DNA of 64,000 nt from Hydrolagus affinis. Its lineage: Eukaryota. The stretch covers positions 1 through 64,000 of the forward strand of contig JAAILG010000803.1 of the NCBI GenBank assembly GCA_012026655.1, read 5' to 3'. The position numbers and the translations under genes are program-made. A model generated the notes under the pieces. That model was not told where the DNA came from. It worked only from the letters and a program-made list of their open reading frames with translations, and did not search any database. Positions 13,939-26,250 of the stretch are shown one piece after another; the stretch's first letter is position 1; every line of letters begins with the position of its first letter.

Positions 13939-15060
13939 GGGTTACGGCTCGCAAGAAGTTCTATTCTGTGGCCCTGGGAAGTATGCAAGGTGTCAGTATG
14001 AGATGAGTAAATATGCCTGGTGAGGTTACGAATTGGTGTGTAGGACAGTGTTTTATTGTTTAAAATGGTCAGTAGATAGATCGCCCCGGCTGATGTGGAG
14101 AGGTAATTTGATTTGGAAAAGGTTGGAGACCATTTTAGACAGGAACCTCAGTCAGCCTTTTTTTTCACACAACCCCCCACCCGTTCCCCCCCACCCCGTC
14201 CCCCGTTTACACCAATGTGGACCTTCCCCCTGGACTAAAGTGTAATGGTTTTTCTAGACAAGTAATCAACATCCCAGGGTTTGGAAAACCTGTCCCAGAA
14301 TTTGAAAATTTCACCCAGCGTTTGTCTGACAGATGAATCGGAAAGTATCTGGTCTGGTCACAGGGCTGACGTGGCAGGGAATAGGAACGTGGGAAGGTGT
14401 TGACGTTCATTTTTTTGTATATTCCTCTGGCGTGGCACTTGTGCAAGGTTTAGTCACTGCACGTTCTCTGGCTGGGAAGTAGACAGGAAATAGATGACTC
14501 TTTACTTCTGGCTCTTCCTTGCAGTTGCCGATGATTAATGAAGGCTATTTTTCTCCAAGTCTCATTCTGTTACCGTCAGAGTTAAGTGGGTTGCAGACAA
14601 TAACAAACAAGCAACTGCCTCGGCCTGGGGCAGCCAAGCGCAAACCTGGGCACAAATCATATGCGACGTGTATAGTCAAAACACATGGAAGTGGAAATGC
14701 AGCTGCTGGACAAGGGTTTGGGTTAATCCAGAGAGGCAGAGGGAATCGACTATCTGAAAGGGATTTCTCCTGTGAATCTACTGGAGGGTTTAATATTTCA
14801 AGGATTTTTCATCCCGTTCAAACCATTAGCGGAATTCCAAGTCACAGCGATGTGTTGTTCCGTCCTGGCAAGTCGAGGGAACACCATGGTAGGGTCCAAA
14901 TGGATTAGCCAATGCCCGCAAAGAGAGACTTGTTACGCAATGGACATTTAAAGTGATGAAGTGGGTGATAGTAAACGGTTAGTGAGTCAGTAAAAGCAAA
15001 GATTTTTTTTGCTTCTGAGATTCTCAACAATGTGATAATGCACGATATTATCCACAAATA

Positions 15061-15176
15061 TATTTCACCCACAAATCTACAGTCAATTCACTTTACAGTA
15101 TATTCTGTGAAGCGCCTTGAGACGTCAATAATATGTGTAAAGCGCTATAGCAAATGCAAGGATTATTGTTGTTACT
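15061..15176 (+). mobile_element. Young SINE 3' fragment
   Basis: cccacaaatctacagtcaattcactttacagtatattctgtgaagcgcc...aaatgcaaggatt. Confidence 0.85.
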
Positions 15177-15199
15177 AAGTAACCTGTTGCAGATATATC

Positions 15200-15910
15200 C
15201 AGAAATACTGTGGTCCTAATTTGAGGAAGTTTCTGAAGAGGATAACCCAACAAGGAATCCAAGTCCTGGAAACCCTTCTAGTAGTCAGAAATATCTCGTA
15301 TTCAATATTGAGTTCCCACTAGAGCGACAGGAATTCACAGTAGTTGGGAGTTGTCTCTTTCGAAGGAATATCGAAGCAAGTGGTTCATTGAAACAGATTC
15401 GCAGATTAAAGTTTTCTAAAATTAGAAACTGATTGATTTATTATTAGTAGTAGTATTTATTTGCTTGTTTATTTAATTGATTAACGTAAAGTCTGGGACA
15501 ATACAGAAGATTTATAAAGAACTAAAACAGACCTTGAATCTCACAGCATTAAATCAGTTCACATTGAAAATTAATTGCGCAGGGAGGAGTGGGTACACAA
15601 AGTCCAGAGTTTAAGCCGGTTAAAGGGAATCAATCATTTGACGTACAGTGACTGCAATATTTGGGGGACAAGAAAACAAAGATTGGTTTGGGGAAAAGGC
15701 AGTCCAAGAACCAATGACATGATACAAGTTAAAGTACACTGTATGTGATCAGTACAAGGAGATCTTTATATTTTGCTTGGTCAACTAGAAAGGACTATCA
15801 CCTGATGCAGTAAGTATTGACTCGACTCAAGCATTTGAAAGGGAACTTAATTAGTTCCTGATTCAGCAAAGAGGAGAGGATATGGATTTGGGTTAGGGAG
15901 CAAATGAAAA
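15200..15910 (+). mobile_element. Heavily decayed CR1-like LINE fragments
   Basis: Two segments resembling CR1 ORF2 end/3'UTR (tttctaaaattagaaactgattgattt; tttgaaagggaacttaattagttcctg...ggatatgg). Confidence 0.4.
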
Positions 15911-16024
15911 ATGGTCAAATGGAGCTGGATAATTGACGAAGCTATATTCGTTTAGCAGCTTTTTCTCATTCTTTGCTGCACTCTGGGACAGGACGAGATG
16001 AAGAAAAACAAGTTGCCAACAGAG

Positions 16025-16265
16025 ATTTGATTGTAATTGATGGCGAATCCTTACACGTAAAATTAATTTTAAATTAGACCGGTGTTCCAATTGTGGTAAA
16101 TAATAGCTCTTCATCTGACCATTGATTAAAATCCATCAACAAATCTAATTATTAAACACCTGCTGCTTGCTTCGTTTATTTAATAAATGGTTGCAGGAAG
16201 TGCGGTTTAATTCAAATTAGCAAGTTTAATTCAAGTTGGTTATGGTGAAAGACAATTACAATGTG
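16025..16265. promoter_or_regulatory. Candidate conserved non-coding enhancer
   Basis: Repeat-free block with many TAAT/ATTA cores, ATCCATCA (Pbx-Hox) at 16131-16138 and E-boxes; conservation not tested. Confidence 0.35.
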
Positions 16266-16729
16266 CTCGGGTTCATTTGTGTTTAAACATCTATATTGCC
16301 ACAGCAATGCTAAAAAGTTCTACCAAGATCGAGTGAACTGACGGAACTGTGTGGTTAAACTGAATTGCATCCTAACCCTGTTTTGCTAGGTTCCTGTAGT
16401 GCTTTCACTGGGGATCTTCTCCTTAGCCGAACAATTCTTCACACCACGAGTAATATAACTCTAGCATCTCAAAATAATGCTTGTAGCTCAGAATCCCCAT
16501 TTGCTAGTCAAAGTAGGCAGGATCTTTTCCAAATCGCATTCACTACTACGTGCTTCATTCTCCAGTACTGCGCCGAAATTGAATGAATTCACTTGATTTA
16601 AATTAAAGCACCTTTTGAGATTTGATTTCAAGTAAAAGAGTCAGTTAAAAGCCCAAGCCCCACATTGGGAGACTTTGAGCTCATAGTCTGAGCTGCATTA
16701 CTTGGAGGTGTCACTTCATAGCTATTCAT

Positions 16730-16850
16730 AGCTTTGGGCTCTGGCCTGCTCCATATCCCCCAACCAGCCCGCCCACCATTAGCAGTCAGACCTTCAGCCT
16801 CTCCTCCCCCACAACCCTATGGAACTCCATCCCACAGTCCCTTGAGCCTG
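16730..16850 (+). mobile_element. L2 ORF2 3' fragment
   Basis: caccattagcagtcagaccttcagcc...ctatggaactccatccc, same motif as 12578-12630. Confidence 0.65.
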
Positions 16851-19244
16851 GGCACAAATTGGTTGTCATTTTTGCCGACAAATAGACAGTCACTACACAT
16901 TACTGTGAAACACTTTGAGAGTTTTCATCATCGCCCTGCCTGGAATCGAACCCAAGACTTTCACTTGTGTAAGTTAAAGATCTTATGACATGAGATCAAA
17001 AAGTGAAGGGATTTTCTTCCAGTATCCTGGTTGACAATCCTTCAGATGAATTGATCATGCATTTTATAACTGTGGAATGTGGAAGCGGTGTAGAAATTTG
17101 TCTAACCAAATACAAACTAACAGTCATTAAACATGTCAGCAATTATCCGGGAAGTATTTTGAGATGTTTCCACATTGTAGTTTCTGTATCAAATGCAAGG
17201 ATAAATGTGAATCCACATATCGTTCTGAAACATGAGTGCTGAGTTTTTTTGCGGAAATAAATGTCTTTTTAAAAGCTGGGTGGGCCCTAATCACATCACA
17301 TGTGAGGGATGGGCGAAGAGCCCAAATTCTAAATCAAAGTGACAGATTGTATCAAGGCAGGTTAACAATTTTCTGTTTTCTGCCATTTCACGAATCCTAT
17401 CACAAGTCTCCCCCAACTCCCCCCAAATGTCACAGCGGGTGGCAAACAAAATCCTGCTGCCTCTGGCTATAAAACAGAAAGAAACAAAGGGTGATTTACA
17501 TTCATATATACATTAACTTTAATTGTGTCCATCCAAGCACACGTTGTTGAGTCAAATAAAGCTTCACAGATTCCACAGATCCACCTGACCCTGGAAAATC
17601 CAGGGACTATTTTGCCTTTGATGTGCACTGTTCATTTCTGACTGTGTAATGAAGAAGGGTCAAGGTAGCTGTATGCTTATAATGTCGCAGAAAATTGGAG
17701 CCATGCTCCTTAATGTGGGCGAAATTAATGTAGAAATTTCACCTGTGGCAAACGCAATGGTTAGGAGTTGCTGTCACTTTGCCTTGTGTTTTGTGACCTT
17801 CAAATTCAGAGGCTGGAATTTCAACCCTTAAAGAATCCAAAAGCCACAATCTTCGGCATATTGATCTTTATCAACCCTCCTCAAAGTGCGTGTGGCCCTA
17901 ATCGATTTATTGCTCAGCACAGAAAAAAAGTAGCAATTAATCTTTTAAAACAAACTCTTGACCTGCGATATTTCAAACAAAATACCCAATTCCTTGTTAA
18001 AATGCAATTTCAAGGTTTACAATTTTGAATTACGCATTTGAAATGTCATTGCCAATTGTGTTACTTGCTTCTTTCTGAAAGACGCATTCCCACAGAGGTG
18101 ATAGCAGCTAAATCCTCGCAATGTATTTCACATTAGTTATTCAACCCATGACATAATTCATTGAAACAGTAGAAGACACATCATTTTGCCAATACAATTT
18201 AAGGTGTAAAGTCAGAAGCTTGAACTTCTGAACGCTACATTTTAATTAGAAATCCATTTGCTGACAGAATTTAAAATGTATGTTGTTCAATTTGTGACTT
18301 AACTTCAAAAGGTATGGAGGGTAATTAGTTTATCCAGCTCCCTTTCAGGAACTCATTCATGTAATGTGACACAAACGTAAATTATTATTGCTTATAGCAA
18401 AATGAGGTAGTTACAATGAAATAAGAGATTATATTGCCTAGAAGGATCTGATTCAAACGCACACATACAGTGCTACCAAGGAAGGGGTTATTGCTAATTT
18501 AAATAATCCACGGGCATCTCAGACTTTTGAAATGCATGGTGCGTCTTCACAGCCGCACAAAGACTGTTCCTTAGCGCAGAATACAGGACTCTTAAATTTC
18601 CAATGTCATGTTTTCAGTGAAACAAAATGATTTTACATTGACATTATGTGTATAAGATTTGCCAGACCAGCAAATCAAAGGCTCGCGCACGTCAAGGCTG
18701 CAAATTGGTGAGAGTGCCTGAAGATGGGAGGCTCCGGTACTCATGACTGCTGGTGAAGTTCATGGTGACATGCTATTACTGTCCCTGAAGGTAGAAAACC
18801 TGTTAGTTCTGCTATGGAGTTTCATAAGCTTTACATCTGCTGAGGGTGCCTGGAGGCAACAACTCTCCTGGTGAGCTTCAGTGGCTGAAGGCTGCGAAAG
18901 ATTTGTTGGGGAACGCAGGATTTTGCATTCCTTACGAGAAGGTTCACTAACTCCAGAACGCACGTCCTCTCTTGGGTCAAAATCGTTTCTTCCCCTCAAA
19001 CTCAGAAAATAGTTTGAGCAGAAAGATTGACTTCTTTATTTACTTTATTTTTGAATAACAGTCCTTCCTTCCTTCCACCTTTGTTGTTTAACGTGAGAAA
19101 TTATCCTGAAGGGAATGTGCACATCAGATGACATTATGATATTTCACTGACCTGATGTGAAGCATGGAATGAGAAAAGGCCATTCAACACAAGATCACAC
19201 AAACAGATGAAGAAACGTCCTTTTGGCTCTTCTGTTCTCATCCT

Positions 19245-19490
19245 CGGGGACTTTGAGCTAACAGCTCATAGCCTGACTCTCCACTGCAGTACTTGGGATG
19301 TGTATGTGCTGCATTGTCGGAGGTCCTGTCCTTCAGATAAGATATTACACCAAGATCTTGTCTGCCTCTTCAGGCATTAAGAGCAGGTTTGTTTCTCCCA
19401 GTGTCCTTTCCAACAAACCCCCCCAATTGGAACTGGACATCCATTTCAAGGCGCTCTATCGAATTCAAGAATTATTATTATTATTATTTC
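19245..19490 (+). mobile_element. Older Deu-domain SINE with internal deletion
   Basis: tgctgcattgtcggaggtcctgtccttcagataagatatta...tctgcctcttcagg...ttctcccagtgtcc, then ggcgctctatcgaattcaagaattattatt tail. Confidence 0.75.
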
Positions 19491-19980
19491 TCATATTAAT
19501 CATCAGATTAATGGTGTTGATTAGCCCTGTGTGGAAGGCTATATAAATCTTGCCCGAGTCCTTGCTGAATCCCAAAGGGGTGGCACTATAGCAACAACAA
19601 CAACAACAGTAAATTACAGTTGTATATCGCCTTTCACGTCAGGACATCCTCCCAAAGAGCTGGTAAGAAGCCAGTGTCACTATGAGTCCAAATCATCCCC
19701 TCCTCAGAAAAGCTAAAGCCAGATTTTAAATAAGAAATGAATCTTTCTTCAGAGATTTTTTATTTTTTTTGCAAATTAATCGGCTTCGATGATTCTGAGG
19801 AGAATAAAGCAGAATAAAATTTGAAGCATTAAAGCTATTTTAGGCAGTAATGGAACTCGGTACTGAGCGGTTGAACAGCTGTGTTCTGTTGAGGATACTT
19901 GAAAACATGAGCTTGAGGTCGATAGTTCTTTCTGGATTTTTTAATACTGAATTAAACAAAAATAAATAAATTTATAACTA

Positions 19981-20146
19981 AATTTCAATCCACAACTGTT
20001 TGTGGAGATGCTGCTGTGCACAATTAGCTGCCGCGTTTTGCCCACAAATAAACAGTCAATTCACTTCACAGTATATACTGTGGAGCGCTTTGAGACGTCT
20101 AGCGAAAAGTGCTGTATCAATTGCAAGGATTATTACTATTTATTAT
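19981..20146 (+). mobile_element. Young SINE, 5'-truncated
   Basis: tttcaatccacaactgtttgtggagatgctgctgtgcacaattagctgccgcg...tgcaaggattatt. Confidence 0.9.
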
Positions 20147-21149
20147 GGTTTCCTCCACTGAGTTGCAGCTGGTTCTGTCAGTCACTCTCCTTAAATTGGC
20201 AAACAAAGAATTTGTACATTGGAGTTGTTGTCTGTCTTACAGGGCTCAATGATAGACAACAGGATAATGATAGCATAATGATCTTTTCTTTTTCCCCCAG
20301 CATTAATGATGTTTTCTGGTTTAAGAATACTAAATATTGGATTACCCCCAACAAACAGACTCGTGTCATTTAGATTCCCATCAGGTTTGGAAATGAGTTT
20401 AATTAAAGCAGTAAGCTATTAAACAGTGCTGATCAAACCACAATGCAAATGTTTGTATTCCAAACAAATTCATCTTAGCATTCACAGCAGTCTCTGGCTG
20501 TCAGGGCCGCTGTAAGGTTTGCTTGTTGCTTGTCAAAAGCGTATCAGAATGCAGTCACCTCGAAGTGCCTTTTAATGAGTTGTACAACCGCAATGTTAAT
20601 GGAAAAGGTAATGACATTGGGAAGTGTGGGGATGGGGAATGATTCAGGGAAGCGATGACATGGGACGATGGGTTGACACTGGAGATGGGATGAAATGTGG
20701 CAATCGAATGGGATGCAATGACATTGGCTATTTTACGGAATGACATTGTTGCTACTGCGACTTGACACACTGCAGCTTTCCTTCCACGGATCCAATTCCT
20801 CGCACTTAAACTTGAAGTTTTGGGGGCACGTTCTTTAGGAACTGGGAGGGGAATCTGTTTCCAAAGAGATGGTATTGATGAAATCATTTCACTGGATCCA
20901 GAAGTAAAAGACAGAGACAAGGAGAAAGGCAGGCACAGAAGAGATAGGGATGGGTGGGGTGGGGGGAGCCAGATAGAGAAAAGAGTAACAATGAAAGGAA
21001 ATGCAGAACTGTAATGAACACAAAACAGTAATTAAAAAAGACGAAAAATGGAGAACATGTGGGTTCAGGGAGTTAATCTAAATGAACCGTTCCTACCCAC
21101 ACACAAAAAAGCCTGTCCCAGACCCAGATTCAGTGAGGATCTCTCCTTA

Positions 21150-21440
21150 TGTAATCACACCTGTCACAGTGGGGTGTCCTATCAATGAAAATATTAATGT
21201 TTCTAAACCATATCCACATTGTACTCAATGATAATCGGAGAAATAGCAATCACCCTCGCAACTCATTACAGCTGAATGTACAAATGGTCTATTGTTTAAT
21301 ATTCAAAACAGTTTGGAAACACTGCCCTATTAAATTCTAATGCTACTTACAAGTACAGCAGATTAAAATAGGATTGTAAATCTGGCACATTGTGACAGGA
21401 GCCACACATGAAGTATGATGCAATTTTGCATTAAAAATCA
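21150..21440. promoter_or_regulatory. Candidate conserved non-coding enhancer
   Basis: Repeat-free; CTGTCA/TGACAG Meis sites near both ends, CATTGT/TATTGT Sox sites, CAGCTG; conservation not tested. Confidence 0.35.
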
Positions 21441-22619
21441 GAAGGCATAAAATAGCGGAGAAACCAGTGATAAATATTTAGTGCTACATGGTGGAATTTA
21501 TGTATATATACATATATATTATATATATATGCACATTTTTATTTCTGTCTCTTTGAAAAAATCAATACATGAAACTATTAATTTTCTGTGTCTCTAAATC
21601 TACATGCATAAGAACAGCACTGGTCCATGTTTTCAAATATTAGGTATCTAGGGATGGCAAGATCCACAATAAACATGACACAGATTTCGAATTGCATTAG
21701 ACTTTCAGTGCCTCTTCTTAAACCCGAACAATTTTTGCTTCGCCTGAAAGAAAGGAACGTTGGCAGTTTTCAACTAGATAGAAGTTGTTTTAAATAACAG
21801 ATAGTTAACATCTTACCAGAGGCAACATTCACCGCCATTAATTAACAAATAAAGGCAGGTGGATTCATCAGATTGAAATCAATGCTTTTATTGGGCTACT
21901 GTACTTCCTCACTTACTACTTTCCTTGGCTGTTTGAGAATGTGAAACTGACTGATGGAATAGTAGCAGAAATGGTCAATGTATTTAAGAGGAACTTTGAT
22001 GTCCATTGTCAAGGTAGAGGGGGAATAGAAGGTTAGGAGGGAGTCTTATTATTAATAATATTATTAGTAGTATTATTAGGATGATTGAAGGCTCGAGCGA
22101 AGTGTAAACACCAACCTGAACTGCTCCTGTGATGTATATATATATAGGTCTATGTAATTTTATGCACCACTGACTTATCAGGTAACCTGTTATCAACTGC
22201 CAAGGCTCCCAGTTTTTGAGGCTTTGACATGTGTGTTCAGTTAGCAACAGATCCACAGTTTCTACTCTCATCCACGAGTTCTCACTGTTTCCAAGAGGAG
22301 GTGAGAATTTGAAGCCCCCTCTTCCATTTCTTCCAAGTTTTATCATGGCTTCCTATCGTGCCGAGAGCAGCGTCGCTTTGTGCAAATTGACAGTTGAGCC
22401 AATCTTGCTTTCCTTGCCAATCTCCAGTCAGCAGGTTTTTTTTAAAAAAATCTTTCCCCCGCCACCCCCCGTCTGTTAATTAGCAATCAGTCAAAGTTAA
22501 AAAAAAATTGGCGAGAGCCTCAATTTCTTTTGGCACATTTGAAGTTGTCCTGGAATAAACATTTATTTACATTCCGGAATAACAATCCTGTGAGACTGAT
22601 GGTGTGTGTGCGAGAGTGA

Positions 22620-22818
22620 GCCTGGCTAGAACTCCCTTCCTCATTCCCTTCGCCTCGGCCCTTCTCTTGTCCTAGTTTCAGGTCTCGGCTAAAGACCTTT
22701 CTTTTCGGTCTTTTCGAAGACCACGCCTTCGGTCACTTTCTCCCCCTGCCCCCTGGCTCGGGCATGGGATCCATTATTGTGAAACGCCCTCCCGGCGTGG
22801 AGTCAGGGCGCTATATAT
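22620..22818 (+). mobile_element. L2 3' end interrupted by a SINE (tail resumes at about 23166-23192)
   Basis: gaactcccttcc...ctaaagacctttctttt...cgccctcccggcgtggagtcagggcgctatata; tail continues aatccaagttgttgctgttg after the SINE. Confidence 0.7.
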
Positions 22819-22820
22819 GT

Positions 22821-23165
22821 GGAGCTCCTGTGGCTCAGTGGTTAGAGCACTTGTCTTGCAAGCTGGGGAGACCAAGCTGGGGAGACCTGTGTTCGAATCC
22901 AGGCAGGTCAGGGCGAAACCTTGGGAAAGTTTCCTTACTCCACACGCCTAATAATAATCCCTCCAAAAAAATCACAATAATTAAATTGGTCATTTCAATC
23001 CACGACTGTGTGTGGGACACTGCTGTGCGCGATCAGCTGCCGTGATTCGCCCACAAATATATACAGTCAGTTCACTTTACAGTATATTCTGTGAAGTGCT
23101 TTGGGACGTTGATAAAATGTGGAAAGCGCTGTATCAAATGCAAGGATTATTATTATTATTATTAT
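22821..23165 (+). mobile_element. Full-length young tRNA-derived SINE
   Basis: Pol III box A tggctcagtgg, box B gttcgaatcc, body, L2-like stem-loop, (ATT)n tail. Confidence 0.95.
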
Positions 23166-23577
23166 ATAAATCCAAGTTGTTGCTGTTGTTGGCAAGAGGG
23201 GGAAGAGACAACCTAAGATTGGCCCCAATGAGATTCACTCAATGTGACGAAACCAAACTTTGTGCCCCCTCCAAAAAAAAACATCTTTCCCCTGATCCCC
23301 AGAACGAAATTGACAGCCGATAACTTATTATTATTAACAGGTGGCAAAACACATGAAAGCTCATGTCTACCAATGACTTCAAGGGAAGCCTAAGGCATCA
23401 ATTGTAATGGAGGTGGACAGGTGAGCTGTGAGGGGTTCTGGATACATCTCTCTCAGAGCCCAGTGCCTCGTGTCATTAAAGTGCATTTTCGAATGAAAGG
23501 GCGGTGGGAGGAACGTGGTGGGTGGGGTGGGTGTTGAGGTGGTGTGTCGGGGGGAAGAGAGAGAGAGACAGAGGGAA

Positions 23578-23870
23578 CTGAATTAGTCTAAGTGATTAAC
23601 CATACAGGGATATTATAACTCAGATGGGAGCAGATTGACTGCAGCTTTCTCTTCACCTAACGACTGTGCCAGCATTTTAAACACCACGGAGTCACCACAC
23701 TGATGGTGTTGATTAATTTAAAGCTGTTAGAGACAGAGGACAGTCGGCAAACCATCAGTTAGTTACAGCTGCTGTCGCTCCACATTCCTGCCACACATCT
23801 GCTTCCAGCTCAATTAGTCATCTGTCAACATCTCCACCAGCAAAAGAGAATAACATTTTCTCACCAGGAT
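23578..23870. promoter_or_regulatory. Candidate conserved non-coding enhancer
   Basis: TGATTAAT, CTGTCA, CAGCTG/CATCTG and TAAT cores, bracketed by GA and CT microsatellites; conservation not tested. Confidence 0.35.
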
Positions 23871-25425
23871 CCGAAAGCAATTCATTTCTCCGCGCTCTCT
23901 CTCTCTCTCCTGTGGAAGGACAACCTTTTTTAAGCTCACTTTAATTATCTTCCCTCTGGGCTTGGTTTAAACAAAACCGTTGTTGCTTCGCACATGCGAA
24001 AGGGAAAGTTAGGGGGAGGGTGGGAGGGGAGGAGGAGAATGAAAAAGAGGGGTTTCTTTAAAATTACACTTGTCCCTCAGACAGCTTCAGTCGAACTTGT
24101 CGATTTCCGCCACGGCTATTCCATTGCTATAAGTATAACTCAAATCTAAAATAATCCTCCTGTGCCAAGTGGAAACTGTAGATGGTTTGTTCCGGATTGT
24201 AATTGAAAGGCTCTGGATCTTTATGGCTGCTGGAAGCAATGGTTAAGGTTTGTAACTGGTTGAGTAATCCTCCTATCGTTTGGTAAAAGCAAATTGCTTA
24301 AACACCAAAGCAAAATAAATAAATTCAATAAATGGTTTGTTTATTTCAGATCTCAATTATTACGCATTTGAAATACAGAAAATAAACCACTGAGTACTGT
24401 TGCTAACCCAATACCAATTAGGTATTTATACTTACCACTTCCTAAAGCATATTTTTCCATTTGCTGTGTTGTTGTTTTTATATATATACATATACACTAC
24501 AGTATATTAAAAAATGCATCATTGTAATTGTTGTATTATACTGTTATTTACCTCAGAGCTGAGATGCATCTGCTTGCAAGGTACACCCGTGTATATGTTT
24601 TAAAAACAATTAAAAACTTGGCTAAATTGGAAGTGCATTGTTTTTATCAAATGTCGGACTCCTTCCAGTTTTGTCAATTTTCTCAGCTAAAACCCTCCTA
24701 ACAGGAGATCAATACATTTCATAGCTTGTACAAGTGTGAATTGAATCCAGTTGAGAAGTTGCATGCTCCTCCATGCCACATCTGAAAACCAAATTGTTGT
24801 CTTGGCTGCTCTACGTCGGTGATCCACAGACCCAAGCCTTCAACCTCTTGAAGTTTGCGAACTCTAAGTTGTGACATTTGACCCAACCAATCATTTGAAG
24901 GCACGAGATCGACCTGCACATCACATCACAAGTGATTCCATCTAATTTCTGAAAGATAAGAGTGTGAAGATGTCTGCAATTGCGCTTTGAACGATTGCAA
25001 AGTCATGTCCTAACCAAAGCAGCTTCCCAATAAATCCTTTTGAATGCAAGATAGCTGGTCTAACAGTGTCTTTCTTGTCGAACACTTGCCTTTTGCTGTA
25101 GATGTGCCAGAATAAGACCTACACACATTCGAAAGAATTAGGATTGTTCTTCTTGAAATCATTCTTACCACATCATTACCTGGTTAGCATCACACAAAAT
25201 AGCCCACAGTTCCAGTTCACTGAGCAGTGTATTGTGCCTTGAGATCAGACAATATAAAACGTTGAAACTCCCACAAAATCATAATAATGATTCCAAGTAA
25301 CCATGGCATTGCCCCAGTGGATCACCAGGCAATAGGTACACTCTGCACAGAATGGACACAAATCCAATTCAGTGCCCAATACATGCATATATGTATATAT
25401 ATATATATATACACATATAAAAGAT

Positions 25426-25611
25426 AATAAATTGGTCACTCAATCCACGACTGTTGTGGGGACGCTGCTGTGTGCACATGGCTGCCGTATTTTGCCCACA
25501 AATATACAATCAATTCACTTTACAGTATATTCTGTGAAGCGCTTTGAGACATCGAGAAGATGTGAAAAGTGTAGTATCACATACTGTACAATGATTATTA
25601 TTATTATTACA
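25426..25611 (+). mobile_element. Young SINE, 5'-truncated
   Basis: aaattggtcactcaatccacgactgttgtggggacgctgctgtg...gaagcgctttgagacatc. Confidence 0.9.
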
Positions 25612-26089
25612 TATACATACACACACATATCCACATACAAACACAATCCACCAATAACTTAATCACTGGTTTTAGACCACCTATCAATTTCTTAGCCAAA
25701 AGCCACAGAAAATTGTGAAAGTATTTCCAGTGGGATTGCGCAACCCATAAACTTTAAAAGGAACTCCTAAGTAATGCATTTAAACCCATAATAATTCAGT
25801 TCAAGCAACATCTGGTACAAATTGCTTTGGGCACTCGCTCGCCTCCACAACACATCTGGTTGCAGTTTTATTCCCTTGTCGATCTAAAGTACTTACATTA
25901 ACTCCTGAATGGGAATGGAATCATATAATAATATGTGGGAAATGAAGAGGCAGCCAGCTCGAACTTTGGGCAACTTTACCCTAAAATGATTTTACTCAAT
26001 TTTGAGGAAAATTACACGGAACCAAAATTCTAATTGCATCACGGCTGCTTTACTGTCACTTTGTTGGACGGAGATATAATAAATAACGA

Positions 26090-26250
26090 GAATAATAATA
26101 ATCCTTGCATTTGATATAGTGCCTTATCACGTCGTTGAGCCATCTCAAAGCGTTTGACAGACTATATTGTAAAGTGGATTGACTGGGTATTTTGTGAGTG
26201 AAACGTGGCAGTGTCGCAGAAATAGCTGTGGGTTGAGAAACCCAATTTTT
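26090..26250 (-). mobile_element. Young SINE, 5'-truncated
   Basis: aataataatccttgcatttgatatagtgcc...gaaacgtggcag. Confidence 0.85.

Noticed and set aside
19568-19590. CTCF-like motifs (also about 39585-39602)
   Set aside because: Only the 3' half matches; cannot be supported without a PWM scan
22821-22900. tRNA gene-like sequences (also 36872, 58634, 62749)
   Set aside because: No proper acceptor stem and always followed by the SINE body; these are SINE heads
22764-23323. Recurrent peptides ([20 protein letters not shown]) that look like a gene family
   Set aside because: Translations of the SINE body, not proteins
24719-24919. Minus-strand ORF with exon-like start (tgcag|GTC)
   Set aside because: Peptide unrecognised, weak pyrimidine tract, no supporting neighbouring exons
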